Source: Candidatus Hydrothermarchaeota archaeon (GTDB lineage Archaea > CAYFZR01). Taken from it: a stretch of 62,910 nucleotides of DNA. The stretch is taken from the NCBI GenBank assembly GCA_046760505.1, contig JBHIEG010000012.1, positions 1-62,910 on the forward strand, in the 5' to 3' direction. Position 1 is the stretch's first letter. Each line of letters begins with the position of its first letter. Of the stretch, positions 9,426-18,511 are shown piece after piece. The position numbers and the translations under genes are program-made. The notes under the pieces were generated by a model. That model ran no database searches, had not been told where the DNA came from, and was given only the letters and a program-made list of their open reading frames with translations.

Positions 9426-10414
9426 GTTCTCACCGCATATGCTACTCCTATGGCAGGAGCGATGGCAGATACTTCTCTTCCGTACTCGTCCTCTATTTTA
9501 TAGATATTTCCAACATTTTCACAAGCTTCTTCAAGAATCACGGAGCCTATTCCTGCTAGCACAAAATTTCTACTCATATTTTTTCTTTCTAATACATTTA
9601 ATATGGAAGATCTTATCATCTCAACTTGCTTTTCTTTCAAAAATCTTGCAACGCTTAGAATCTCGTTTTCAGCCAGTTCCTCTTTATCTGAACATAATAC
9701 TCTTGCAATTCTCCTCTTACAGTCTTCTTTCGATTTTCCTCGTTTATCAGGCGTCTCAACAACGTATTCCTCCTCTTCAATGTATCCTAATATCCTGTAT
9801 ATATCCGCGGTCTGGGCAAAGTACTCTGAGGAGATTCTGACCATTTTACCCCTCAGTGGAACTTTACCGGATAAAAAACAAAGATTTGTCCTAAGAAAGC
9901 CACAATATACCAGTTCTTCATTCATAAGCCTCTCCAAATCGTTTTTACCTGACAAATGCTTGCCTTTTTTGAATGGAATTATGTCTGTCGTAGTACTCCC
10001 CATATCTAACAATATGCCTTCTTCGACTATTCTGGAAGCAAGTATAACGGTAGCGGGAAAATTAGACCCTGCAAAATTTAAAGGGTTCTCCCTTAAGTAC
10101 TTTATATCATGGAGCACCCCTTCGTAGTCCATAAAGTAAACTTCATCGAAAGCGTTTTTTAAACTCTCTGCGATGAATAAAACTCCTTTTTTTCTCGTTT
10201 CAAAAGAATCAGCTAGCTCCCCTGTCATTACTACTCCAGTTTTATGAATTTTATCCTCTTTTTCCATTTCTCTTTTTAAAGAAAGAAAAAAATTTGGAAG
10301 ATTTCCGTGGAATTTCCAGAGTGGATAGTAATAGGATCTGCATGAAACGATTTCTTCGTCATCAATCAAACCAACCTTTATGTTTGCACCACCTACATCT
10401 AGTCCTAATATCAA
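9413..10414 (-). CDS. mfnF: Methanofuran biosynthesis protein MfnF (hydantoinase/oxoprolinase-like family)
   Basis: GLDVGGAN.K, MTGELADSF, DMGSTTTDIIP, ELVY.G..RT and EYFA..AD motifs. Confidence 0.9.
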   Translation of the reverse strand: MILGLDVGGANIKVGLIDDEEIVSCRSYYYPLWKFHGNLPNFFLSLKREMEKEDKIHKTGVVMTGELADSFETRKKGVLFIAESLKNAFDEVYFMDYEGVLHDIKYLRENPLNFAGSNFPATVILASRIVEEGILLDMGSTTTDIIPFKKGKHLSGKNDLERLMNEELVYCGFLRTNLCFLSGKVPLRGKMVRISSEYFAQTADIYRILGYIEEEEYVVETPDKRGKSKEDCKRRIARVLCSDKEELAENEILSVARFLKEKQVEMIRSSILNVLERKNMSRNFVLAGIGSVILEEACENVGNIYKIEDEYGREVSAIAPAIGVAYAVRTCVQ

Positions 10415-11406
10415 ATTTTTTCCACCTTTATTCCTATTGAATCCTTTAGAGGCGCTATTGTGGCATCCCTGCTCTTCTTAAACCTTACTCGACATTTAAA
10501 TTTTATAGGTCCGTACACTGTATTTTTAGCAATGAAATCTCCCATATCGTCTAATATCTCGCATAATCCTATTATTGGAGTGGTAATTCGCGGATTTATC
10601 TCTATCACATAAGGGACATCAGAGTAAACGATGTCAACTCCTACATATCCATTTGCGCCTTTAAAGCATTCTACGGCCTTTATTGCCTCTTCGAAAATTT
10701 CCTTCTTAAACTTGTGATCTACCGGTAATTCTCCTCCAAGATATTTAAAATCATTTAGATCTATGAGCTGTCTGTTCAGACTTATGGGATAAACATCTTC
10801 TCCAAAGATCATGCTAACGCTTAGATGTACGCCTTCTATATATTCTTGTACGATGAATTTTTCAAAATTGGATTCTTCTCTCACTTTTTTCAGTGCAGGC
10901 ATGTAGTCTCCTTCATCTCTCACTAGAGATACTCCTGCACAAGAAACTCCATCCAAGGGCTTAACTATAAATGGGGGGTCCAGAGTTATCTCTTTATTTT
11001 TAACTATCACCGTTTCCGGTATGTTTACATTTTTTAATTTCTTATACATTATAGATTTGTCTGTATTATCGTATATGAAATTACTTTTAGAGTTCAGTAA
11101 ATTTGAGTTGTTTTCTAGTATTTTAACAATATTATACAGTTCAAAATTGCTTTCTGGAGCTATTATCAGAGCTGAATCTACATTTTCTACTTCTTCTTCA
11201 AGAACTTCAATGTAATTTTCATTTTCCGGGTCTATTTTTAATGAAGAATGGAAATTAAGCCTTTTATCTACTGGAACTACAACTTCGTGTTTTCCGGAAA
11301 TAGATTTCACAAGAGAATAAAGCATTCCGTAGCCTTCTGCTAGGATATCCGTGTCCAATTCTTTCATTGCTCCCCCAGAAGCGTATTCCCAAAGGAGTAC
11401 TTTCAT
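10411..11406 (-). CDS. mfnD: Tyramine--L-glutamate ligase (ATP-grasp)
   Basis: EYASGG...EG..ML, IIAPE, KP.DG.SC.G, QEYIEG and GYVGVD...IEINPR.TT motifs; overlaps mfnF. Confidence 0.88.
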   Translation of the reverse strand: MKVLLWEYASGGAMKELDTDILAEGYGMLYSLVKSISGKHEVVVPVDKRLNFHSSLKIDPENENYIEVLEEEVENVDSALIIAPESNFELYNIVKILENNSNLLNSKSNFIYDNTDKSIMYKKLKNVNIPETVIVKNKEITLDPPFIVKPLDGVSCAGVSLVRDEGDYMPALKKVREESNFEKFIVQEYIEGVHLSVSMIFGEDVYPISLNRQLIDLNDFKYLGGELPVDHKFKKEIFEEAIKAVECFKGANGYVGVDIVYSDVPYVIEINPRITTPIIGLCEILDDMGDFIAKNTVYGPIKFKCRVRFKKSRDATIAPLKDSIGIKVEKI

Positions 11407-11422
11407 GGTATAAAGACCTGAT

Positions 11423-12028
11423 TTATTTATAGATAACTCTTGCTACCTCAAATGCCTCTGCTGCTTTTAAATTGGCCTGGAAACCTCTAAACTCTGCTAA
11501 ACCCTTTATTGCCTTTGCCCTCATGTAATACTTATTTTTCTGAGTACTATGGGATCTTAAGGCTTTTACCTTCAGATCCAATGTCCCTTCTATGTTTATG
11601 TATACTTGGGGGGAGAATTCAGCAAATGTAGCCGGAGTTTCATACATGAGTATCTCTGAAACATTTCTGCAAGCTGCCTGGGTTGCTATACTTGCTCCAA
11701 CGTGATCTTGGTGCCTGTCCTTGGTAGAATGGGTGTATACTCTGTCTGGACTAAATTTATCTACATAGTATTCGATCAAATCGATTGTCTGTTTGATGGA
11801 ATCATGAATGAATGTATCGCTGAGATTACCAAAGATTGGAGATTCTACTCCAAGCACTCTTATCGCTTCTTTAGATTCTTTGATCCTTATGCTTGGATCT
11901 CCTCCCACTTCCCCTTTCGTCAAGAATACTACACGTACCCTATCCCCTTCCTTTACGTGTCTTGCCAAGGTGCCTCCACAGCCGAGTTCTACATCATCAG
12001 GATGTGCGCCAATAGCAAGTATCTCCAT
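11423..12028 (-). CDS. PIG-L/LmbE family deacetylase
   Basis: GAHPDDVELGCGG, HQDH, H.TQ and AEAF motifs. Confidence 0.9.
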   Translation of the reverse strand: MEILAIGAHPDDVELGCGGTLARHVKEGDRVRVVFLTKGEVGGDPSIRIKESKEAIRVLGVESPIFGNLSDTFIHDSIKQTIDLIEYYVDKFSPDRVYTHSTKDRHQDHVGASIATQAACRNVSEILMYETPATFAEFSPQVYINIEGTLDLKVKALRSHSTQKNKYYMRAKAIKGLAEFRGFQANLKAAEAFEVARVIYK

Positions 12029-12032
12029 GAGA

Positions 12033-12665
12033 TCACTCTTCCCATTTTTTTATTATCCTCGCCACCTCAAAAGCCTCCGCAGATATAATCTTTTCTTCTC
12101 CCATGTATAAACCAGATTGGTACCCTCTAAATCTTGCAAGTCCTTCAATCGATGCTACCCTGGTATAGCTCTTGTGCATCTGGGACTTATGGGCCTTAAC
12201 AGCATTTATCTTTGCTTCAATGAATTTCGTTATGTCTACAAAGTACTGAGGCGAGAAGGTTTCCATTGTATTTGGGGTCTCATACATTAAGATTTCTGGC
12301 ACATATCTTCCAGCAGAAAGAGTTGCATATGCGGTATTCCTGTGATCCTGATGTTTTTCATGAATTGTGTGAGTATAGATCCTTTTTGGATTTACCTTCT
12401 CGATTACTTCTTCTATGACCCCTATAGTAGATGCATCATCGTGTATCATCGTCTCCGGGAGATCTGCAAAAAAAATTTCTTTGGCCCCAATTATTTTGGC
12501 TGCTTCCCTTGCTTCCTTTTTCCTGATATCTGGGTCATAGCTTTTTTCGCCACTGCTCAAAGATAATATATATACCTCATCTTTTGAGTAAACGTGTCTA
12601 GCTAAAGTTCCGAAACATCCGAGCTCGCAGTCATCTGGGTGGGCCTTGATAGCCAATATTTTCAT
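12033..12665 (-). CDS. PIG-L/LmbE family deacetylase (paralog)
   Basis: AHPDDCELGC.G, HQDH, HKSQ and AEAF motifs; clearly similar to the adjacent gene. Confidence 0.9.
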   Translation of the reverse strand: MKILAIKAHPDDCELGCFGTLARHVYSKDEVYILSLSSGEKSYDPDIRKKEAREAAKIIGAKEIFFADLPETMIHDDASTIGVIEEVIEKVNPKRIYTHTIHEKHQDHRNTAYATLSAGRYVPEILMYETPNTMETFSPQYFVDITKFIEAKINAVKAHKSQMHKSYTRVASIEGLARFRGYQSGLYMGEEKIISAEAFEVARIIKKWEE

Positions 12666-14005
12666 AAGAATACCTCTGATTTAAGTTTTGATACGAATTC
12701 GTTTATGGTAAGACCTGACTCTCTTGAGATTTTTTTAAGCAACTTATGAAGTCCTGTTCCGTATTGGATTGCCTTTTTTTCCTTTTTATAAACCTCTTTC
12801 GGCAATTTCATCTTTTTTGCAGCCTCTTTTAGTGGATATTTTCTTTCTCCATTTTTTATTTTTTGTGTACTTGGTATCTTGAAGGCGTATTCAACCACTT
12901 CATTGTCCAAGTATGGTAGTCTCAGTGATATGGAATTTGCCATGCTTGCCTTATCGTCTCTCTCAAGGTTGTTCTTGGATATATTTAAAAATTCTTCCCA
13001 CAGAATATCGTTTAAAGATTCTTTGTGCGCCAAATATTTGTGATAACCCCCAAACAACTCATCAGCTCCCTGTCCTGCAAGAACAACCTTTAATCCCAAT
13101 TCTTTGGCGATTTTAGTTGCCAAATACACGGGTAATCCAACTCCAAGGTTCAGCACGCTGATGTCCTCTATTGCATAACATACCTCTCGAAGAGATCTTT
13201 TTACCTCTTCGATTGTGAATTCTTGGACAACCAAATCTATATCTAGAAGGGAAGCTATCTTCTTAGCTTCTCTTATGTCGTAAGAATCTCTAAATCCGAC
13301 TGTAATGCATACTAAATCTTTTTCGCATAAACTTGCCAGTAATGTACTGTCTATTCCTCCAGAAAAAAGTATTCCGGTTTTTTTTACATCCATTAACCTT
13401 TTTTCGATCGCGAATACCAATTTTTCAATCAGAGTATTAACGTCAAAATTTGCTTCTTCAGGTCTTTTTCTATCCAAAGAATTTATTCTCAAGTTTCCAT
13501 CAAATTTTAATAGGGTATATGGTTCTAAAGTTTTAATTTTTTTATCAGAAAAACCGAGTTTGATCAATGCCTTCTTCTCGGATGCAAAGACAAAATCCGT
13601 GTCATTATCATCGTGTAAGTAATAAAGCGGTTTTGATCCCACGTAATCTCTTCCCAAAATTATCTCATCTTCGTTGAACAAGGCGAGTGAGAATTCTCCA
13701 TCCAAATTGAGAACCTTATCAGGCAATTTGTTCTTCATATCTGAATCATAGATCTGACCGTCTATGAAAATATATTTATCTTCTATGGATATTTCGTTTT
13801 TCTTTTCAGAAATTAAAAGCTTAGAATGGCCTAATGAAAAATTTGATCCTTCATTGACATCTAAATCTTCAATTTTAGGTGAACAGCTGATTTCTCCTGA
13901 TTGATAAAGAAAAAAAAGATCTTCACCTCTATGTCTCATTGAGTTTAACATCTCATATACTTTTATACTCGCTTTTTTCCCTACTGCTCCACATATAGCA
14001 GACAT
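12662..14005 (-). CDS. Asparagine synthetase B-like protein with degenerate glutaminase domain
   Basis: Intact synthetase domain (FSGGIDS, GQGADELFGGY, RDD...LRLPYLD, K.A.QYG.G); N-terminus is MSAICG with Ser in place of the catalytic Cys, and IDGQIYD replaces NGEIYN. Confidence 0.85.
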   Translation of the reverse strand: MSAICGAVGKKASIKVYEMLNSMRHRGEDLFFLYQSGEISCSPKIEDLDVNEGSNFSLGHSKLLISEKKNEISIEDKYIFIDGQIYDSDMKNKLPDKVLNLDGEFSLALFNEDEIILGRDYVGSKPLYYLHDDNDTDFVFASEKKALIKLGFSDKKIKTLEPYTLLKFDGNLRINSLDRKRPEEANFDVNTLIEKLVFAIEKRLMDVKKTGILFSGGIDSTLLASLCEKDLVCITVGFRDSYDIREAKKIASLLDIDLVVQEFTIEEVKRSLREVCYAIEDISVLNLGVGLPVYLATKIAKELGLKVVLAGQGADELFGGYHKYLAHKESLNDILWEEFLNISKNNLERDDKASMANSISLRLPYLDNEVVEYAFKIPSTQKIKNGERKYPLKEAAKKMKLPKEVYKKEKKAIQYGTGLHKLLKKISRESGLTINEFVSKLKSEVFL

Positions 14006-14081
14006 AATATCAATTTTGCTTTTTTTTCTTTATATTTGTCTAGCCAAATTATATATACTACGATAATTAATCCTTTTTGGG

Positions 14082-14267
14082 ATGGTAATGGAGGAGGGTG
14101 GCCAAGGATCTCTGGAATACATTATAATGATAGCCTTGGTGTTGGCTGCCCTAGGTCTCATGATAAAAATCCTTCCCGGGAAACCCAGTGCATCTACAGA
14201 AAAAGCAAAAAGAGCCTACAATATAACAAACACCAGCTTTGAAACAATTCTAAACGAGGCAAAATGA
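14082..14267 (+). CDS. Class III signal peptide-containing small protein (pilin-like)
   Basis: GGQGSLEY followed by a hydrophobic stretch IIMIALVLAALGLMI. Confidence 0.75.
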   Translation: MVMEEGGQGSLEYIIMIALVLAALGLMIKILPGKPSASTEKAKRAYNITNTSFETILNEAK

Positions 14268-14809
14268 AGGTTCTCGGTATCACTGGAATGCCTGGATCTG
14301 GTAAAACACAAGCATTGAAGGTTTTTTATAAAAAAGGTTTTTCAATAGTTTCTATGGGCGATGTTATCCGAGATCTAGCAAGAGAGAAAGGAATTAAAGA
14401 AGATCCAGAGTCGATTGGTAGAATTGCCATTGAAATAAGAAAAAATGAGGGAGAAGATGCAGTAGCGAAGAGATGCGTAAAAAAGATTTTAGGACTAAAG
14501 AAAAATGTTGTAATTGAGGGGATAAGAAGTTTACATGAAATTGACTGCTTTAAAAAATATTTCGATGATTTTGTAATAGTATCTATCCACGCATCACCAA
14601 AAACAAGATATGAAAGGTTAAAAAGAAGAGGAAGGCCAGATGATCCAAAAAATTTCAAAGAGTTTTTGGAAAGAGATAAGAGAGAACTGAATATAGGCAT
14701 GGGATCTGTAATTGCTAAGGCAGATTTTATGGTCGTGAATGAAAGTTCTCTGGAAAAACTATATGAGGAAATAGAGAAGATAGCAAGAATTTATGAGAGT
14801 GAGAGTTAG
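14264..14809 (+). CDS. UPF0200 P-loop nucleoside-monophosphate/dephospho-CoA kinase-like protein
   Basis: TGMPGSGKT, SMGD.IR, EGIRS..E and R.R.DD...RD.REL..G motifs. Confidence 0.85.
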   Translation: MKVLGITGMPGSGKTQALKVFYKKGFSIVSMGDVIRDLAREKGIKEDPESIGRIAIEIRKNEGEDAVAKRCVKKILGLKKNVVIEGIRSLHEIDCFKKYFDDFVIVSIHASPKTRYERLKRRGRPDDPKNFKEFLERDKRELNIGMGSVIAKADFMVVNESSLEKLYEEIEKIARIYESES

Positions 14810-15197
14810 TGCAAAGATCTATCCTAGCGAAGATATTGAAAAAGTCAAAAAAGCAGTAAAAAATCTTTTTCCAACCATAAATCTTGAGATTTTAGAAAAA
14901 GAGAAATTATTGGTTGGAGAAGGTGATAAAGAGGCAATAAACCATTTTAGATATCTCTTGCACAAGGAGAAAATTCTGGATGCTGCAAGAAAGGTAATAA
15001 AATCTGCTACAAAAAGAGAAGGAGATCTCTATCACTCGCAATTTGATGTAAACAAGCAGGTAGCATTTGTGGGTAAAATCAGCTTTTCAACAGAAGGTGA
15101 ATCTCCTCTAGGACCTATAACGATTGAGATTACTAGTAAAGAAGAATTTATAGATTGGCTGGCTCCAAGAACCATAGATGGAAAGCCGGTGAAGTGA
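14793..15197 (+). CDS. UPF0201/DUF54 family protein
   Basis: YPSED.EKV..A..N.FP, ILDAAR, NKQVA..G, SPLGPI and WLAP.T..G motifs. Confidence 0.88.
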   Translation: MRVRVSAKIYPSEDIEKVKKAVKNLFPTINLEILEKEKLLVGEGDKEAINHFRYLLHKEKILDAARKVIKSATKREGDLYHSQFDVNKQVAFVGKISFSTEGESPLGPITIEITSKEEFIDWLAPRTIDGKPVK

Positions 15198-15965
15198 ATG
15201 CAAATCGGGGCACCCTCATCGGCTTTTTACAATGAATTAGAATCCTCTATGAAAAAAGCAGTGGAAATTGGACTTGATACGATTGAGGTAGTTGGAGAAG
15301 GTCCTCATTTCCTTAACGAAACTAACATCAAAAAAATTAAAGAATTTAGAAATTCTTTTGATTTGGATTTGAAAATTCATGCACCTTTTTCAGACTTAAA
15401 TATTGCTAGTTTAAACGAAAAAATCAGAGAAGAGACTTTGAAACAGATATTATCATCTATAGAATGTTCTTGCGAAATCAAGGCAGATATCGTAAACATT
15501 CACCCGGGGCATTTATCTCCTTTGGGACTACGGTTTCCAGAAAAAGCATGGAGAAATAACATAGAGAGTATGAGAAAATGCGCCCAGACCGCAAAAGATA
15601 TCGGTGTAAAGCTTACATTTGAAAATTTACCTAAAAGAGAGGGAGTATTTTGCTCTACGGTAGAGGAAGTAAAGACAGTAATTGAGGAAGTTCCTGAAAT
15701 AGGATTTACCTTGGATATTGGACATGCATTCACAACAGATAATCCAATGGATTTTTTTGAGCTGAAATTTGATCACTTGCATCTCCATGATAATGATGAG
15801 AAGAAAGATCTCCATCTACCATTAGGATCTGGTAATATAGATATCTCAAAAGTATTAAAAATTATTGAAGACAAAAAATACAGCGGGTCTATTATATTGG
15901 AGGCAAAGAATTTATTAAATTTAAAGAAGAGTTTAGGATACCTGAGAAGGCTGGGGATGTTTTGA
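15198..15965 (+). CDS. Sugar phosphate isomerase/epimerase (AP endonuclease 2 TIM barrel)
   Basis: HAPF.DLNIAS, HPG, ENLP, DIGHA and HLHDN...D.HLPLG.G motifs. Confidence 0.88.
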   Translation: MQIGAPSSAFYNELESSMKKAVEIGLDTIEVVGEGPHFLNETNIKKIKEFRNSFDLDLKIHAPFSDLNIASLNEKIREETLKQILSSIECSCEIKADIVNIHPGHLSPLGLRFPEKAWRNNIESMRKCAQTAKDIGVKLTFENLPKREGVFCSTVEEVKTVIEEVPEIGFTLDIGHAFTTDNPMDFFELKFDHLHLHDNDEKKDLHLPLGSGNIDISKVLKIIEDKKYSGSIILEAKNLLNLKKSLGYLRRLGMF

Positions 15966-16588
15966 TAGCAATAATCGGAGGAACCGGCAAACAAGGAATG
16001 GGTCTGGCAATGAGATTCTGCATCGCAGGTGAAAGAGTTATAATTGGGTCAAGAAATGCCGAAAAAGCGAAAAAGGCGTCTGAAATTATAAAGGAAAAAA
16101 TAAAGGATGCTAACGTTATCGGACTTACAAATGAAGAAGCAACTGAGAGAGGAGATATAATAATCGTTTCAGTTCCATATAAAGCCCTAAAAAATATATT
16201 AAAAAGTATTAAGCCTTTTTTAAAGGAAGATCACGTAGTGGTTGATGTTACTGTACCTTTGGATGGAGATATTTCTGAATCAGCGAGTGAAATGGCAAGA
16301 AAAATTCTCCCGCATTACGTAAAACTGGTATCTGCTTTCAAGAATGCCAGTGCCAAATCCCTCTTGGATACGGAAAAGCCAGTTGACTCCGATATAATAG
16401 TGTGTGGAGATGATAAAAAGTCTAAAGAAAAGATAATGGAACTAGCAGAAAAAATCGATGGTGTGAGAGCCATAGATGGCGGTTCATTAAAAAATTCGAG
16501 AATAGTTGAGGGTATAACCTCTTTATTGATGGATATCAACAAAAGATATAAGGGTCATGCCGGCATCAGGATAACCGGCATACAATAA
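15962..16588 (+). CDS. fno: F420H2:NADP+ oxidoreductase
   Basis: IIGGTG.QG.GLA.R, GSR..KA, VSAF.N.SA, G.L.NSR.VE..T.LL..IN..Y and AGIRITG motifs. Confidence 0.9.
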   Translation: MIAIIGGTGKQGMGLAMRFCIAGERVIIGSRNAEKAKKASEIIKEKIKDANVIGLTNEEATERGDIIIVSVPYKALKNILKSIKPFLKEDHVVVDVTVPLDGDISESASEMARKILPHYVKLVSAFKNASAKSLLDTEKPVDSDIIVCGDDKKSKEKIMELAEKIDGVRAIDGGSLKNSRIVEGITSLLMDINKRYKGHAGIRITGIQ

Positions 16589-16631
16589 GGAGATTATACC
16601 TAAAAGAAGATCATGTGGAGAAAAAGATATA

Positions 16632-16973
16632 ATGATTTGGTTGCTGGTTGCTTTAACTTTAAGCATTACTGACCTACTTCACGAACATATTTTTTGGAAG
16701 AAGTTTGAGCCTTATTACTTTGTATTTGGAAGTCTATTGAGAATAAAGTTAAATCCCATTGGACTATGGTTCGTACACGAATTGATAGAGTCTATTTTCC
16801 ATCTTTTCCTGATTTCTATCATTTTCTTTTCGTTTACAATAGGATTCATCGCCGCAATGATTCATCTAGCCTTAGACATATATCATACACTGTTCATCCA
16901 CGAAATCTCGTCAAAAACTCACAGATTACTCCACTTTTCCTTAGAATCTATAATTCTTTATGTTCTCCTCTAG
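16632..16973 (+). CDS. Small His-rich membrane protein
   Basis: Several hydrophobic segments carrying HELIESIFH, HLALDIYH and HRLLHF. Confidence 0.7.
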   Translation: MIWLLVALTLSITDLLHEHIFWKKFEPYYFVFGSLLRIKLNPIGLWFVHELIESIFHLFLISIIFFSFTIGFIAAMIHLALDIYHTLFIHEISSKTHRLLHFSLESIILYVLL

Positions 16974-17621
16974 TTACTTAAAGATCTCACCAGTCGCCTC
17001 AGACCAGAGGAGCAAATCCAGTTCTTCCATAGGAATGTTTATTTCTTTAGAAAAATTTCTTAATTTATCTTCTATTCTTAGATAATCTGTTCTTTTCAAA
17101 TTTTTTGGAATCTCTTCTATGATATTCAGCATCTTTAAACTTCTAACAACATGAACATCTAATATCGCAAGATTTTCACCCAGACCTATGTTTCTTAGAA
17201 AGTGGCTGGCTTCTTTGAGGCCGATTCCTCTGATATACCCTACCAACCAATTTCGAATTTCAAAAGGATTCTCAAAATCATTTAACCTTTCTTTGATCCT
17301 TATTTTTCCGTTCACGCTGAAAAATTCTCTTGCTTCGTAGATATATCGTGCTTTATTGTTTGGAAATCTAACGCCATGCAAATGGACTCTTATTTCATTT
17401 AGATTGCCTTTAAAGAGAATTCCACTTTCCTCTAATGATCTAATTGCTCTATCCACAATTTTGGCCCTTGATTGCGGAGTGCATATACAGAAGCATAATT
17501 CTGCAAAGATTTTTTCGTCTGATTTTTTACCATTTTCTTTAAATTCTTCTAATTTCTTTTTTATTTCGTCTTTTTTAGCTTTGTATGAGGTTAGAATACT
17601 TTCAATATTCATGTGCATCAT
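16974..17621 (-). CDS. ogg: 8-oxoguanine DNA glycosylase/AP lyase (Ogg2 type)
   Basis: ELCFCI.TP, RF.N.KA.YI, GIG.KEASHFLRN, AILD.H and LDL.LW...TGE..K motifs. Confidence 0.93.
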   Translation of the reverse strand: MMHMNIESILTSYKAKKDEIKKKLEEFKENGKKSDEKIFAELCFCICTPQSRAKIVDRAIRSLEESGILFKGNLNEIRVHLHGVRFPNNKARYIYEAREFFSVNGKIRIKERLNDFENPFEIRNWLVGYIRGIGLKEASHFLRNIGLGENLAILDVHVVRSLKMLNIIEEIPKNLKRTDYLRIEDKLRNFSKEINIPMEELDLLLWSEATGEIFK

Positions 17622-18511
17622 ACTTTTAGCTTCATCAGATCTTGAGCAAGTAGAGTGTTTTTAAAAACCTCTTTTGACTCTTCCAACAACTCTTTTCCAT
17701 CATATCTTGGACTGATGTGCGTCAAAACAAGTTTTTTCGCTTTTGATTCAAGAGCAACTTCTCCAGAATCTCTGGCAGTTGAATGAAAGGTTTCTAATGC
17801 TCTCTCTTTTAACTCATGGCTGAATGTAGAATCATGGATGAGAACATCACATTCACTGGCAAGTCTTACTACGTTCCTGCAGGGTCTTGTATCTGAGGAG
17901 TAAACAATGCTCTTTCCCTTTCTACTCGGACCTACAACGTCTTCTAACGATATTACTTTCCCTCCCACCGTAATTTTCTCTCCTCTTTCCAGCCTTGAGA
18001 ACTCAGGGCCAGGTTTTAGACCGAGTTTATTTGCTTTATCGAGGTTGAACTTTCCTCTTTTGGTATACTCCTCAATTTTGCACGCAACTGTAGGTACAGA
18101 ATGATCTGTTTCAGCAAAGACGAGTTTTAACTTCTCTAGTTTTATTTCATCGTTTGATACCCCTTTTATATTAACAGGAAAATCCAGTGTGTAGTAACCT
18201 ACATCCAAGTAATCTTTAAGTTCTTTGGCGGAGTCTTTTGGAGTATAAATGTATACAGGCTCTTCTCTACCCAAAAAAGACATAGTTTGAACCAAACCAC
18301 TTAATCCTAAGAAGTGATCTCCATGTAAATGAGATATGACAATATTTTTTATGCGCATGTAACTCAGTTTAGAGAGCAAGAATTGTTTCTGAATTCCTTC
18401 TCCACAGTCTAGCAGAAATATCTCCCCATCTACCTTTATCGCAACTCCAGGTGGATTTCTTTTTGTAGTCGGAATGCTTCCGGAGGTACCGAGAAATGTG
18501 ATTTCCATCAA
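17618..18511 (-). CDS. rnz: Ribonuclease Z
   Basis: FLGT...PT..RN, DCGEG, SHLHGDH, flexible arm (GP...LE.G), DTRPC, HST and HISPRY motifs. Confidence 0.95.
   Translation of the reverse strand: MMEITFLGTSGSIPTTKRNPPGVAIKVDGEIFLLDCGEGIQKQFLLSKLSYMRIKNIVISHLHGDHFLGLSGLVQTMSFLGREEPVYIYTPKDSAKELKDYLDVGYYTLDFPVNIKGVSNDEIKLEKLKLVFAETDHSVPTVACKIEEYTKRGKFNLDKANKLGLKPGPEFSRLERGEKITVGGKVISLEDVVGPSRKGKSIVYSSDTRPCRNVVRLASECDVLIHDSTFSHELKERALETFHSTARDSGEVALESKAKKLVLTHISPRYDGKELLEESKEVFKNTLLAQDLMKLKV

Noticed and set aside
14082-14267. Type IV pilus or archaellum locus
   Set aside because: Only a lone class III signal peptide gene is present, with no assembly ATPase, TadC or prepilin peptidase in the window.
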